From Planctomycetota bacterium (GTDB taxonomy: Bacteria; Planctomycetota; UBA11346), in assembly GCA_038231435.1 (NCBI GenBank), contig JBBRLJ010000029.1:1-64000 (forward strand): 64,000 nt of DNA, given 5' to 3'. Every line of letters begins with the position of its first letter. Position 1 is the stretch's first letter. Positions 19,963 to 28,605 of the stretch are shown here, in pieces. A program made the position numbers and the translations under genes. The notes beneath the pieces are model-generated. The model was not told the origin of the DNA. It saw only the letters and a program-made list of their open reading frames with translations, and did no database searches.

Positions 19963-21428
19963 TGGCCACCTTGCTCAGGCATGGGTACTGGCTCGGGCAC
20001 GCGGATCCGCGCGTCGGCGATATCGATGACGCCGCCAGGCATGACATAGAATGCCACGGCGCCTGGTCGAGGAGCCGCCGCGGCACCCGGGAGGCGCGGC
20101 AGTTCGACGCCACCCGCGGTGCAATGCAGCTCAGCGCCGTGCTGGGTCAGGCTGACGGCTATCCAGTCGCCCACGCCAGCGGGGATCTCGAAGAACCAGT
20201 TGTAAGTGCCGACCTGGAGTTCGGCGTGCTCGACTCTACCGATGCGCAGGCGGCAGGTCAGCTCGAGATCGAGCAGGTCGCGCGTGCCCAGCAAGCGCGC
20301 CGCGCCGGTCTTGGTGCCCACGCCATGGACGACGCCACCATCCTCGCTCCAGGCGCCATGCTGCTGCACCCAGCCCTCGAGCGCGGCGGCTGGAAACAGC
20401 GGCAGCCACGGGCCCATGACCTGGACGGATGCGGGGACACGCATGGCGGACGTGCGTGGAGTGGCGGCGGGAATCGCCGCCGTGGCCACCACTGGATTGC
20501 GGATGGGAGTGGAGATGGGAGTGGAGATGGGAGTAGCGCTGAACGACTCTCCGTTCGCCACCAGCGCGCTCTCGCCGGAGTGGACCGCGATCGTCAGCCC
20601 GTCGCTCGAACGCGTCATGCGCACGTCTCCGTGCTCGAGCTCCAACCGGGTGCGCGGACCGGCCGGGGATAGTGACGTGGACAATGCGAAGCGAGTGCCG
20701 ATGACCTCGATCGAGGCGTTCGTCGTGGTCAGCACGAATGGACGGCCAATGGGCTGTGGGGCGACTTCGGCATGCAGAGTGCCGATGTCGAGCCGCAGGC
20801 GTTTGCCAGCCTGGCCCGGGAGCACGGTCGCGCTCGCGCCGGAGGCCAGTTCCACCTGGCTGCCGTCCGCGTAGCCGATCAGCACGTCGCCGGTGGCGAT
20901 GACGCGATCACCCGCGTCGAGCTGAGAGCCCTCCATCGCCGGGACCACAGCCCGGACACTTCCGGTAGGCCGCTCGATGGAGGCGCCGGCGCCGGCTCGC
21001 GCGATCCGGCACTCGCCGGCACTGGCCACCCTCGCTGGTTCGCGCGCGATGAACCAGACATAACCTCCGATGGCGATCAGCACCGCTGCCGCAGCGGCCA
21101 CGAGCGGCAGACGCGATCCTCTCGCCGAACGCGCGGACCGTGGACGCGTGCGCGCCGGCAGCGAGCGCTCGACCGCGCGTACGAACGCCGAGGATTTGCC
21201 CTGGGCGTCAAGGCGTTCGTCGACGCTGCGGGCGAAGTCCTCTCCGCCCGCAGCGTCGAGCGCCTGCCCGAGCAGGCCGGCGAACGACAGCAGTTCGCGG
21301 GCGCGCGCCGAGTCGTCGCCGTCTCCGCGCAGCAGTCGCGCAAGCTCGATCGCGCCAGCGGCATCGAGCGAGCCGTCGAGGTAGGTCTCGATCTGGTGCT
21401 CGGTCGGCGTGATCTGCGCGCTACTCAT
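19959..21428 (-). CDS. FecR-type anti-sigma factor with C-terminal DUF1080/ConA-like domain
   Basis: N-terminal helical domain (IETYLDGSL), TM LVAAAAAVLIAIGGYVWF, FecR motif TTNASIEVIGTRF, C-terminal WLPLF...LEGW...GAW..DGGV. Confidence 0.85.
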   Translation of the reverse strand: MSSAQITPTEHQIETYLDGSLDAAGAIELARLLRGDGDDSARARELLSFAGLLGQALDAAGGEDFARSVDERLDAQGKSSAFVRAVERSLPARTRPRSARSARGSRLPLVAAAAAVLIAIGGYVWFIAREPARVASAGECRIARAGAGASIERPTGSVRAVVPAMEGSQLDAGDRVIATGDVLIGYADGSQVELASGASATVLPGQAGKRLRLDIGTLHAEVAPQPIGRPFVLTTTNASIEVIGTRFALSTSLSPAGPRTRLELEHGDVRMTRSSDGLTIAVHSGESALVANGESFSATPISTPISTPIRNPVVATAAIPAATPRTSAMRVPASVQVMGPWLPLFPAAALEGWVQQHGAWSEDGGVVHGVGTKTGAARLLGTRDLLDLELTCRLRIGRVEHAELQVGTYNWFFEIPAGVGDWIAVSLTQHGAELHCTAGGVELPRLPGAAAAPRPGAVAFYVMPGGVIDIADARIRVPEPVPMPEQGGQ

Positions 21429-21435
21429 GGCGAGG

Positions 21436-21984
21436 TCATGGCGAGGTGCCCAGCCGCGCGGCGACGCACTTCATCAACGCCGCCTTCAGGCGCAGGAGCA
21501 TCATCGACACGCCGTTCGGGCTCTTGCCGAGGGCAGTGGCGATCTCCTGCACCGCGACCTCGTCGTGGTAGCGCATGGCGAGCAGCCGTCGCTGGGCGGC
21601 ATCGAGGGCGTCGAGGCAGATACGCAGCGCCGTCAGCTTGCGCTCGGCGCCGTCGTCGTCGCTTGCTGCCTCGCGCTCGATCAGCGCTTCGTCCACCAGC
21701 GCCAATTCGCGCCGCCGCGTCGGCAGGCGGTCGCGCAGGAATCTGTTCACGCGGTTGCGGCAGATGGTGCGCAGCCAAGGCCCGAACTCGCGCTGGGGAT
21801 CGAAGCGCGCCAGGCCCTTCCAAGCATCGATGAAGGCTTCCTGGACCACGTCGTGGACGTCGTCGCGACTCGGCAGGGACAGCGCCACCAACGCGCGCAG
21901 CCGCGCCTGGTGCGCCCGCACCAGGCCCGCGAAGGCCTCGCGATCGCCTGCAATCGCCGCTTGGACCATTGACGCCTCGTCCAA
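21436..21984 (-). CDS. ECF sigma-70 factor
   Basis: GDREAFAGLV, DVHDVVQEAF, FGPWLRTICRN (region 2); VQEIATALGKSPNGVSMMLLR (region 4). Confidence 0.93.
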   Translation of the reverse strand: MDEASMVQAAIAGDREAFAGLVRAHQARLRALVALSLPSRDDVHDVVQEAFIDAWKGLARFDPQREFGPWLRTICRNRVNRFLRDRLPTRRRELALVDEALIEREAASDDDGAERKLTALRICLDALDAAQRRLLAMRYHDEVAVQEIATALGKSPNGVSMMLLRLKAALMKCVAARLGTSP

Positions 21985-22173
21985 TGGAAACCCTCCGCTG
22001 GACCATATCCGCGATGGGCTTGGATCTCACCGACTTTCCCTGTCCCGTCCTCCGAGCGTGCCCCTCTCGACGCCGTGGCCATGCCTGGCAGCGAAGAGCG
22101 AGCGAGGGACGCCGGATCGGGTCCCGGAGCGTCTAGGGGCTGCGCCACCCGCCATGGCCCTTAGGATACGACG

Positions 22174-24321
22174 ATGCCCCCCTCTCCATCGCCATCGGCT
22201 GCCTCGGTCAACGCTGATCCCCGCCCCCTGCACGGGATCCCCTTCCTGGCCGGCGCCTCGGCGGCCGATCCCACGGGCTGGGGTGACGCCGGCCTGCACA
22301 TCGCCGCGTGGAGCGAGGACGGCCCCGACGCGACCCCCTCCAGCGAGTTCTCCACCGAGGCGCGCGTCGCCTGGACCGAGAGCGGCATCGCCGTGCTGGT
22401 GCGCATGCGCTCCGGGGTGCCGTGGCATGAAGCCGCCGACAAGCACAATGCCTTCGAAGCGGATTCGCTCGAGATCTTCCTGCGCCCCGGTTCCTCCAGC
22501 GGCTCCACCACCTCCGTCGCAGCATCACGGGTCATGGTGCAGGCAGTGATCTCGCCGGGCATGGCCTCTGACCAGGGCGCGGCGCGCTCTGCGGTCTGGG
22601 ACCATCGGCAACCGGCAGCGGACTGGTCGGGTATCCCGACCGCGATCACGGTGACCCGCACGAAGTTCCCGGACGGGTGCGTGATCGCGGCACTCATGCC
22701 ATTGGCCCAGGTGCGAGCGACCAGCGGGCGCGGGGTGGTCGTCGAATTCCGCCTTTTGATCAACAAGATTCTGCCGGGGAAAGGCCGCAGGCAGTTCAGC
22801 TGGCGCGCTCCCTCTGGCGATGAATTCCATCGTCTCGAATTCGCCGACCATGCCGGAGCTGCGGTGACCTCCTCAGCCTGGGCCGTCCTCGACGGGTACG
22901 ATCGCCTGGCGATCGCCGCGGTAGTTCCGGTCGTGTGGATGGGGCGCAGCGCAATCGTGACGCAGGCCGGAGTGGTCCTCGCCTCCTCTTCCTTCCAGGC
23001 GTCGACGGGCGATTCACGCACGGCGGTACTTTCCACCCATACGCTGGCCTCGGCGCTGGGGGATGCGAGCCATCCGGTGGAGATCGCGTCCAACGGCGTG
23101 CTGCTGGGCACGAATCGGGTTCAGGATCCGCGCCTGAAGGCGCGGCGCGATCTCGAACGCTCGAGCATGCGCGGCTTCGCCCGCACCGAGCCGGGTGCAT
23201 TCGATCCGCTGACGCGCGTGCGCCCGCGTGTGCCGGTGCTGCTGCGCCGCGGCGCCCTTCCAGCGGCGATCGCTCCTGATGCGGCGATGCTGACGCTGGC
23301 CGGAGCCGGCACGATGCGCACGCGCTGGTTCCAACGTGATGGCACCGAAACGACCGAAGCCATCACCCCTGGCCGCCATGGCGCGGTGATCGCGCTGACC
23401 ATGGACGATGGTAGCGAACTGCGCTTCCATCGCACCGCTGTGCTTCTACCCGAGGGCGCTAAACAGGCATCCGATGCCGTCCTCGAGATCGCCGCGGCTG
23501 CGGTCGGAGACGTCCAGGCCCGATGCTTCCAATCCGCACTGGGAAGAGCGATTGTCGGAGACGCCGCCGTCGACCGCGAATTCGCCTTGCTGGCCGCGGC
23601 GGTTGACGACGCCCGTCGCGATGGCGGCCCCGTTCGCCCCGATTCCCGCGACCAGGCGTGGTGGCATGCGCAGCGCAGGCGTCTCGGCACCGCCACGCGC
23701 TATCCGCGTTTCCGCCTGTTGCCCGACGGCTACGAAGGCGATCAATCACTGCGCTGGCCCGCGATCATCTATCTGCATGGATCGGGCGGTGAACTGCCGC
23801 GCGACTATACGCCATTCTCCAAGCGCTCCGCGAGCACGGATCTCATCGCCTGGGCCACCGGCCGCGCCCTGCCCTTCGCGATCTACGCGCTGCAGGCGGA
23901 TCGTGCCTGGGAACCATCGGCGGTGCTCGACGCCATCGACGAGATCCTCGCCGAGGACCGCGTCGATCCCGATCGCATCTGCATCATGGGCTTCAGCATG
24001 GGCGGCATGGGCAGCTGGAACTGCGCGGTCGATCATCCAGAACGCTGGTCGTGCGTCGTGCCGCTCGGCGGCCGGGGCGACCGCAGCGACGAGGCCGCGC
24101 GAGTGGTCGGCCTGCCGGTGTGGTCATTCAACGGCGACATCGACACGTCTACCACGCTCGCCGATGCGCGACACATGGTGGATGCGATCCGCGCCGCCGG
24201 AGGCGACCCACGGTTCACGGTGCTCCAGGGGGTCGACCACGGCGGCACGCAGCACGCCAGCTTCTCGACCTCGGGCCTGTGGGAGTGGATCGCGCAGCAG
24301 CGCCGCGTGGACGCGCACTGA
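22174..24321 (+). CDS. Multidomain protein: N-terminal CBM9/DOMON-like region and C-terminal alpha/beta-hydrolase (predicted esterase/peptidase)
   Basis: ARVAWTESGIAV..DSLEIF (CBM9-like); IIYLHGSG, VDPDRI..GFSMGG, NGDID, DH. Confidence 0.75.
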   Translation: MPPSPSPSAASVNADPRPLHGIPFLAGASAADPTGWGDAGLHIAAWSEDGPDATPSSEFSTEARVAWTESGIAVLVRMRSGVPWHEAADKHNAFEADSLEIFLRPGSSSGSTTSVAASRVMVQAVISPGMASDQGAARSAVWDHRQPAADWSGIPTAITVTRTKFPDGCVIAALMPLAQVRATSGRGVVVEFRLLINKILPGKGRRQFSWRAPSGDEFHRLEFADHAGAAVTSSAWAVLDGYDRLAIAAVVPVVWMGRSAIVTQAGVVLASSSFQASTGDSRTAVLSTHTLASALGDASHPVEIASNGVLLGTNRVQDPRLKARRDLERSSMRGFARTEPGAFDPLTRVRPRVPVLLRRGALPAAIAPDAAMLTLAGAGTMRTRWFQRDGTETTEAITPGRHGAVIALTMDDGSELRFHRTAVLLPEGAKQASDAVLEIAAAAVGDVQARCFQSALGRAIVGDAAVDREFALLAAAVDDARRDGGPVRPDSRDQAWWHAQRRRLGTATRYPRFRLLPDGYEGDQSLRWPAIIYLHGSGGELPRDYTPFSKRSASTDLIAWATGRALPFAIYALQADRAWEPSAVLDAIDEILAEDRVDPDRICIMGFSMGGMGSWNCAVDHPERWSCVVPLGGRGDRSDEAARVVGLPVWSFNGDIDTSTTLADARHMVDAIRAAGGDPRFTVLQGVDHGGTQHASFSTSGLWEWIAQQRRVDAH

Positions 24322-24395
24322 GGCTGTCCAGATTTCAGGAGTTCCGGGCAGGCTGTAGCCACCGCCGGGATGATCACGAGCACACGGAGTACACG

Positions 24396-25856
24396 ATGCG
24401 ATCACGGCTTCCGACCCGCCTTCACACCTGCATGGTGAGCCTGCTCGCCGCATGCTCCGATGTCGGCGCCGCCGACTGGGCCTACTCCTGGAACCCCGCC
24501 CATGGAGACAAGCCACCGCAAGCAGAGATCTGTCCCTTCAAGTATGGCAAGCAGTGGGCCTACGCGATCGAGATCGACGATGGTCCGAAATGGGCACGCG
24601 GCTTCGCCGTCCCCCTGCTGGCGGGCCATGGCTTCACCGACGCGCCTCCCGGAGTCGCGGGCGGCAAGCGCCTGCCATTCGTCGGCGGCATCGCCGTGAT
24701 CGTCGCCTCGACGGGAGCGAACGACGCCACCATCGACTGGAACGATCTCGCCGCGATGAGAACCGCCGGCTGGGGCGTGCTGAACCACAGCCTGACCCAC
24801 TCTGGCCGTTCCTGGGGCGACGAAGCCGGACGCCTGTCAGACGCGCAGGTGCGAGAAGACGCCTATTGGAGCCAGGCCCTGCTCGCGCACGGACTCGATG
24901 GGCGCGCGCCGACAGCGGCGGTCTACGCCAACGGCTATACCGACTACAACCGCGGCGGCGCCCTTGCGGCCGTCGGCATCCGCATCGCGACCCGGGTCGG
25001 CGGATCGAGCCCGAACGACATCGTCGGGCAGCATGCCGGCATCCAGTGGATGGATTACACGCGCAACTATCTGGATGAAGGCACCTGGGTGAACGACGCC
25101 CACGGCGACGCGCTCGCCGGAATCCCCGGCATCGACGGCGCCGGCGGCGAACGCGGGCGCTTCATCATCGACTTCACCCACGACATCGACCGTAGCGACG
25201 CGTCGGCTAATCAGCAGCGCTGGACCAAGCGCCTGTCCACCATCGAGGAGCGTTGGGGCGCCAAGGGAACGGACACCGTGTGGTGCGCGCCGACCGGCGA
25301 GATCGCCGACTATGCGCGCGGCCGCGAGGCCGCGAAGGTCGCGACCGTGCTGTCGGCGGGCAAGCAGACGCTCACGCTGAGCCTGCCGGACGGTGTGCCC
25401 GGCAGCGCCTTCACCGTGCGCATCACCGGGATCGGCCCCACGGCGGAGCTGGCCGCGCCCCGGGGCGGGGCACTCTACCGCGCCGCGGACGGCAGCGTCT
25501 ACATCACCACTCCCGTGGTCGGCCAGCCCGGCTCACCGGCCCCGACTCCGGCGATCTCGTGCCTCTATGACGGCCCGCCCGGGGACATCGATCTCAAGGG
25601 CGAGCATGCGATCGCGGGCATCATGGTGCACATCGCCGGAGATCTTCCGGAAGGCTTCAGCTACCATCCCGCGCTGAAGACGGCGTCGGGCATGCAGCCG
25701 CTCGCGGAGCCCGCCAAGAAGGCCGGCTGGTTCGTCAGCGGCCAGCTACTGCCCCTGATACCGAATGGAGCAGCGGTCAACGCCACAGGGGTGCACATCG
25801 ACGCGCTCACGCCCATCCCCCGCATCATCGTGTGGGGAACCGCCGCCGCGCCCTGA
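24396..25856 (+). CDS. Secreted polysaccharide deacetylase (NodB/CE4-like) domain protein
   Basis: RBS GGAG then ATG 24396; IEIDDG and NHSLTH motifs; FTH; TVWCAP..EIADY. Confidence 0.7.
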   Translation: MRSRLPTRLHTCMVSLLAACSDVGAADWAYSWNPAHGDKPPQAEICPFKYGKQWAYAIEIDDGPKWARGFAVPLLAGHGFTDAPPGVAGGKRLPFVGGIAVIVASTGANDATIDWNDLAAMRTAGWGVLNHSLTHSGRSWGDEAGRLSDAQVREDAYWSQALLAHGLDGRAPTAAVYANGYTDYNRGGALAAVGIRIATRVGGSSPNDIVGQHAGIQWMDYTRNYLDEGTWVNDAHGDALAGIPGIDGAGGERGRFIIDFTHDIDRSDASANQQRWTKRLSTIEERWGAKGTDTVWCAPTGEIADYARGREAAKVATVLSAGKQTLTLSLPDGVPGSAFTVRITGIGPTAELAAPRGGALYRAADGSVYITTPVVGQPGSPAPTPAISCLYDGPPGDIDLKGEHAIAGIMVHIAGDLPEGFSYHPALKTASGMQPLAEPAKKAGWFVSGQLLPLIPNGAAVNATGVHIDALTPIPRIIVWGTAAAP

Positions 25857-25876
25857 AGACTGGCGGCGGCGGCGGG

Positions 25877-26677
25877 TCACACCGCGCCCGTGGTCCGCCC
25901 GCCGTTCACCTGCAGCATGGCGCTGGTGATGAAGCGCGCGCGCTCGGATGCATAGAACACCACCGCGTCGGCGATGTCGCTATCGGTGCCGCGGTGTCCC
26001 ATGGGCACGCCTCCGACGTAGCCAGCCAAGGCCGCGGCATCGAGTCCGTCCTCGTCCTTGCCGAGGCCGGGCTTGCGGTATTTGGCGCTGATCATCCAAC
26101 CCGGCGCGATCTGGTTGACGGTGATGTTGTCCGGAGCCACCTCCCTGGCGAGACAGCGCAGCAGGCGATCCATGCCACCCTTGCCTGAGGAGTACGCCGA
26201 ACTGCCGCCACGGCATTCGATCACGCATTCGGTATTGATGCCGATGAAGCGGCCCCACTTCCGGGCGCGCATCGCCGGGGTGAAGACCTTCGCCGCCACC
26301 GCCGCGTGCAGCACGCAGGTACGGAACTGATCGACGAAATGCTCGAGCGGTTGGTCCTGCACGCTCAACCACGGGATCTGGCTGACAGCATTCATGACCA
26401 CGATGTCCGGCGCCCTGCCCAATGCCGCGATGCCCGCATCGCGCGCGGCCTCCATGGCTGGCAGGTCGGCGACGTCGCCGGCCACCGCCACCGCGCGCCG
26501 CCCGTGCACCGTACACGCCGCGACCACCGCCGCGCCTTTCGCTGGATCGCTGCGGCAGTGGACGACGACGTCGGCGCCCGCGGCCGCCAACGATTCGGCG
26601 ATGGTCCGGCCGAGGTCGCCGCTGGCGCCGGTCACCAGGGCGATTCGCCCTGAGAGCTCTCCGCTGGCCGCGTTCAT
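25877..26677 (-). CDS. Short-chain dehydrogenase/reductase (FabG-like)
   Basis: VTGASGDLG, YSSGK (YxxxK), ITVNQIAPG, VNGG; ATGA overlap with the PhyH gene. Confidence 0.9.
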   Translation of the reverse strand: MNAASGELSGRIALVTGASGDLGRTIAESLAAAGADVVVHCRSDPAKGAAVVAACTVHGRRAVAVAGDVADLPAMEAARDAGIAALGRAPDIVVMNAVSQIPWLSVQDQPLEHFVDQFRTCVLHAAVAAKVFTPAMRARKWGRFIGINTECVIECRGGSSAYSSGKGGMDRLLRCLAREVAPDNITVNQIAPGWMISAKYRKPGLGKDEDGLDAAALAGYVGGVPMGHRGTDSDIADAVVFYASERARFITSAMLQVNGGRTTGAV

Positions 26678-27549
26678 GACGCCGCTCCCGCGCACAGCCG
26701 CGTGACGTCTGACGCGCCGCGCGCGCCATGCCGGTCGAACCAGGCGTGCAGCTCCTGGTTGTTGGGCGTGAGCACGAAGCGGCCCTCGGCGTCGCGCCAG
26801 CGCATAGGCGTGAGCAGATCGCGCCCGACCGGATCCAGCCTGCGCAGCAGCTCGGGATCCTGCTCGACCCAATCGTCAGGGCGCATCCAGCGGTAGCTGT
26901 AGCCGAAGATCGCGCATTTGCGCACCACCTGGCTGGTGTTGACCGTTGCGGCGTGCCAGGTGCGGTTCTCGAACAGCAACGCATCGCCGGGTCCGAGATC
27001 CGGCACCACTACGTCCGGCGGATCGCCCTGTGAATCGAACGTCGGCTTGGCGGTCCAGCGGTGGCTGCCGCGCGCCACCAGGGTGACGCCGCTCTGGCGG
27101 GTCCGCGCCTCGCTGAAGTAGTAGGCGATCTTGACCTCGAAGCGGCGGTTGCCGTCGTCGCCGAGATCGCTGGGCACGGTATGGATGTCGCGATGCCAGC
27201 CGGGGGACATGGCCTTGGGATCCGCGCCGGGCCGCTCGGGCTTCTTGTAGATCAGCTGGCTGGTGTGCAGCTGCAGGTTGCGGCTCAGCAGCTGTGCCGC
27301 CAACGGCACGGTCGCGCCATTGGTCAGCAGGCGCTCGAACGGTTCGCCGCCGAAGGCGACCACGTTGCGGAAACCATCATAGGCGTCGCCTGGTTTCGAG
27401 CGGTCGGCTACGCGATCGGAGGCGAACAGACGGTCCGAGGCTTGGACGAGGGCCTCGACCTGGAGCTTGGACAAGGCATCGCGGATGACCAGGAAGCCGT
27501 CCTCGTCGAAGCGCCGGCGTGTCGAGTCGTCGAGAGCGAGGAAGTCCAC
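26674..27549 (-). CDS. PhyH-family Fe(II)/2OG oxygenase
   Basis: FDEDGFLVI, GWHRD (HxD), GSH, GDALLFENRTWHA, RK. Confidence 0.88.
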   Translation of the reverse strand: MDFLALDDSTRRRFDEDGFLVIRDALSKLQVEALVQASDRLFASDRVADRSKPGDAYDGFRNVVAFGGEPFERLLTNGATVPLAAQLLSRNLQLHTSQLIYKKPERPGADPKAMSPGWHRDIHTVPSDLGDDGNRRFEVKIAYYFSEARTRQSGVTLVARGSHRWTAKPTFDSQGDPPDVVVPDLGPGDALLFENRTWHAATVNTSQVVRKCAIFGYSYRWMRPDDWVEQDPELLRRLDPVGRDLLTPMRWRDAEGRFVLTPNNQELHAWFDRHGARGASDVTRLCAGAAS

Positions 27550-27625
27550 GGCTGTCTCCTAGGTGCATGTCGAATGACCTGCGTTATGTGCTGAACCATA
27601 CCGTGATACTGTAGACTTCCGCAAG

Positions 27626-27658
27626 TCTTTCACGCTATCGATCCGGCTTTTCTTGCTG
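27626..27658 (-). promoter_or_regulatory. Putative AraC-type tandem binding site upstream of the PhyH-SDR operon
   Basis: Minus strand AGCAAGAAA and AGCGTGAAA are 21 bp apart. Confidence 0.3.
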
Positions 27659-27680
27659 TAGCGCCGCTGTAGGCTGCGCC

Positions 27681-28565
27681 GTGCCCACTGACACCAGCGA
27701 CGATCCCTATGCCGAGCCCGAGGCCGCCATCGCATGCTACGAGGGCTGGAGCGGCATGGCCGTGACCGTGCACGACCTCGGCGGCGCGCTCAAGGGCTTT
27801 CTCGGCCCGTCACGCCAATGGCACGCCAGTATCGCGTGTCTCGCGGTCAAGCGCGCAACGAACAATGTACCCTGTGATCGCTGGGATACCAAATCCATGC
27901 GCGAGTCCATCGCCGCGCAGCCGCGCGGGCGTGTGCAGATCTGCCATGCCGGGTTCGTCGAGGTGGTCGTTCCGGTGCTGCGCGCGGGGCGGCTCGAGCT
28001 CGTGCTCTTCGCTGGGCAGCGCAGTGCGGGACGCGGCCTGCGCGCGCTGCGCGATCCGGCATCAACGCCCGCCGGATCGCGTTCTGGACTTCCGACTGGA
28101 TCGCGCAGGCCGCGCGAGATCGGCGACGAGGAGGCGGCCATAGCGCTGGAAGGGCTGCGCCAGCTCGGCGCGCGCCTACGCGCCTGGCTCGACGAGACTG
28201 TCGAAGGCGCGTCCGCGGCGCGCGTCCCGGAACCCATCAATCGCCAGCAGGAGATCCTGCGCTTCATCCTCTCCGAACATCATCGTGGGATCGGCCTCAT
28301 CGATCTCGCCAACCATCTGCATCTCAGCATCCATCGCGCCGCGCACGTGGTCAGACATGCGTGCGGACGCACCTTCGTCGACCTGCTCACCGAGGCGCGC
28401 CTGCGCTCCGCGTGCGCCATGCTGGCGCATACCGAGCTGCCAGTGCCCGAGGTGGCGTCGCGTTCCGGCTTCGGCGATGCGGACCATTTCCATCGCGTCT
28501 TCCGCAGGCGCATGGGCACCACTCCTGGTCGCTTCCGCAAGGCGCCGGTGGTCCAGCAACCCTGA
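27681..28565 (+). CDS. AraC-family regulator with PocR-like sensor domain
   Basis: C..VK...C and CHAGFVEVVVPV (PocR-like); VASRSGFGDADHFHRVFRRRMGTTPGRFR. Confidence 0.88.
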   Translation: MPTDTSDDPYAEPEAAIACYEGWSGMAVTVHDLGGALKGFLGPSRQWHASIACLAVKRATNNVPCDRWDTKSMRESIAAQPRGRVQICHAGFVEVVVPVLRAGRLELVLFAGQRSAGRGLRALRDPASTPAGSRSGLPTGSRRPREIGDEEAAIALEGLRQLGARLRAWLDETVEGASAARVPEPINRQQEILRFILSEHHRGIGLIDLANHLHLSIHRAAHVVRHACGRTFVDLLTEARLRSACAMLAHTELPVPEVASRSGFGDADHFHRVFRRRMGTTPGRFRKAPVVQQP

Positions 28566-28605
28566 GCCGGCGCTCCAGGCCATCGGGATGACCGTGGCCA
28601 TCGGC

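Noticed and set aside
24051..24395. N-terminal extensions in the ORF track (also 15671, 37423, 42568, 48123, 60890 and others)
   Set aside because: They overlap neighbouring genes or promoters; downstream ATGs with RBS or signal peptides fit better
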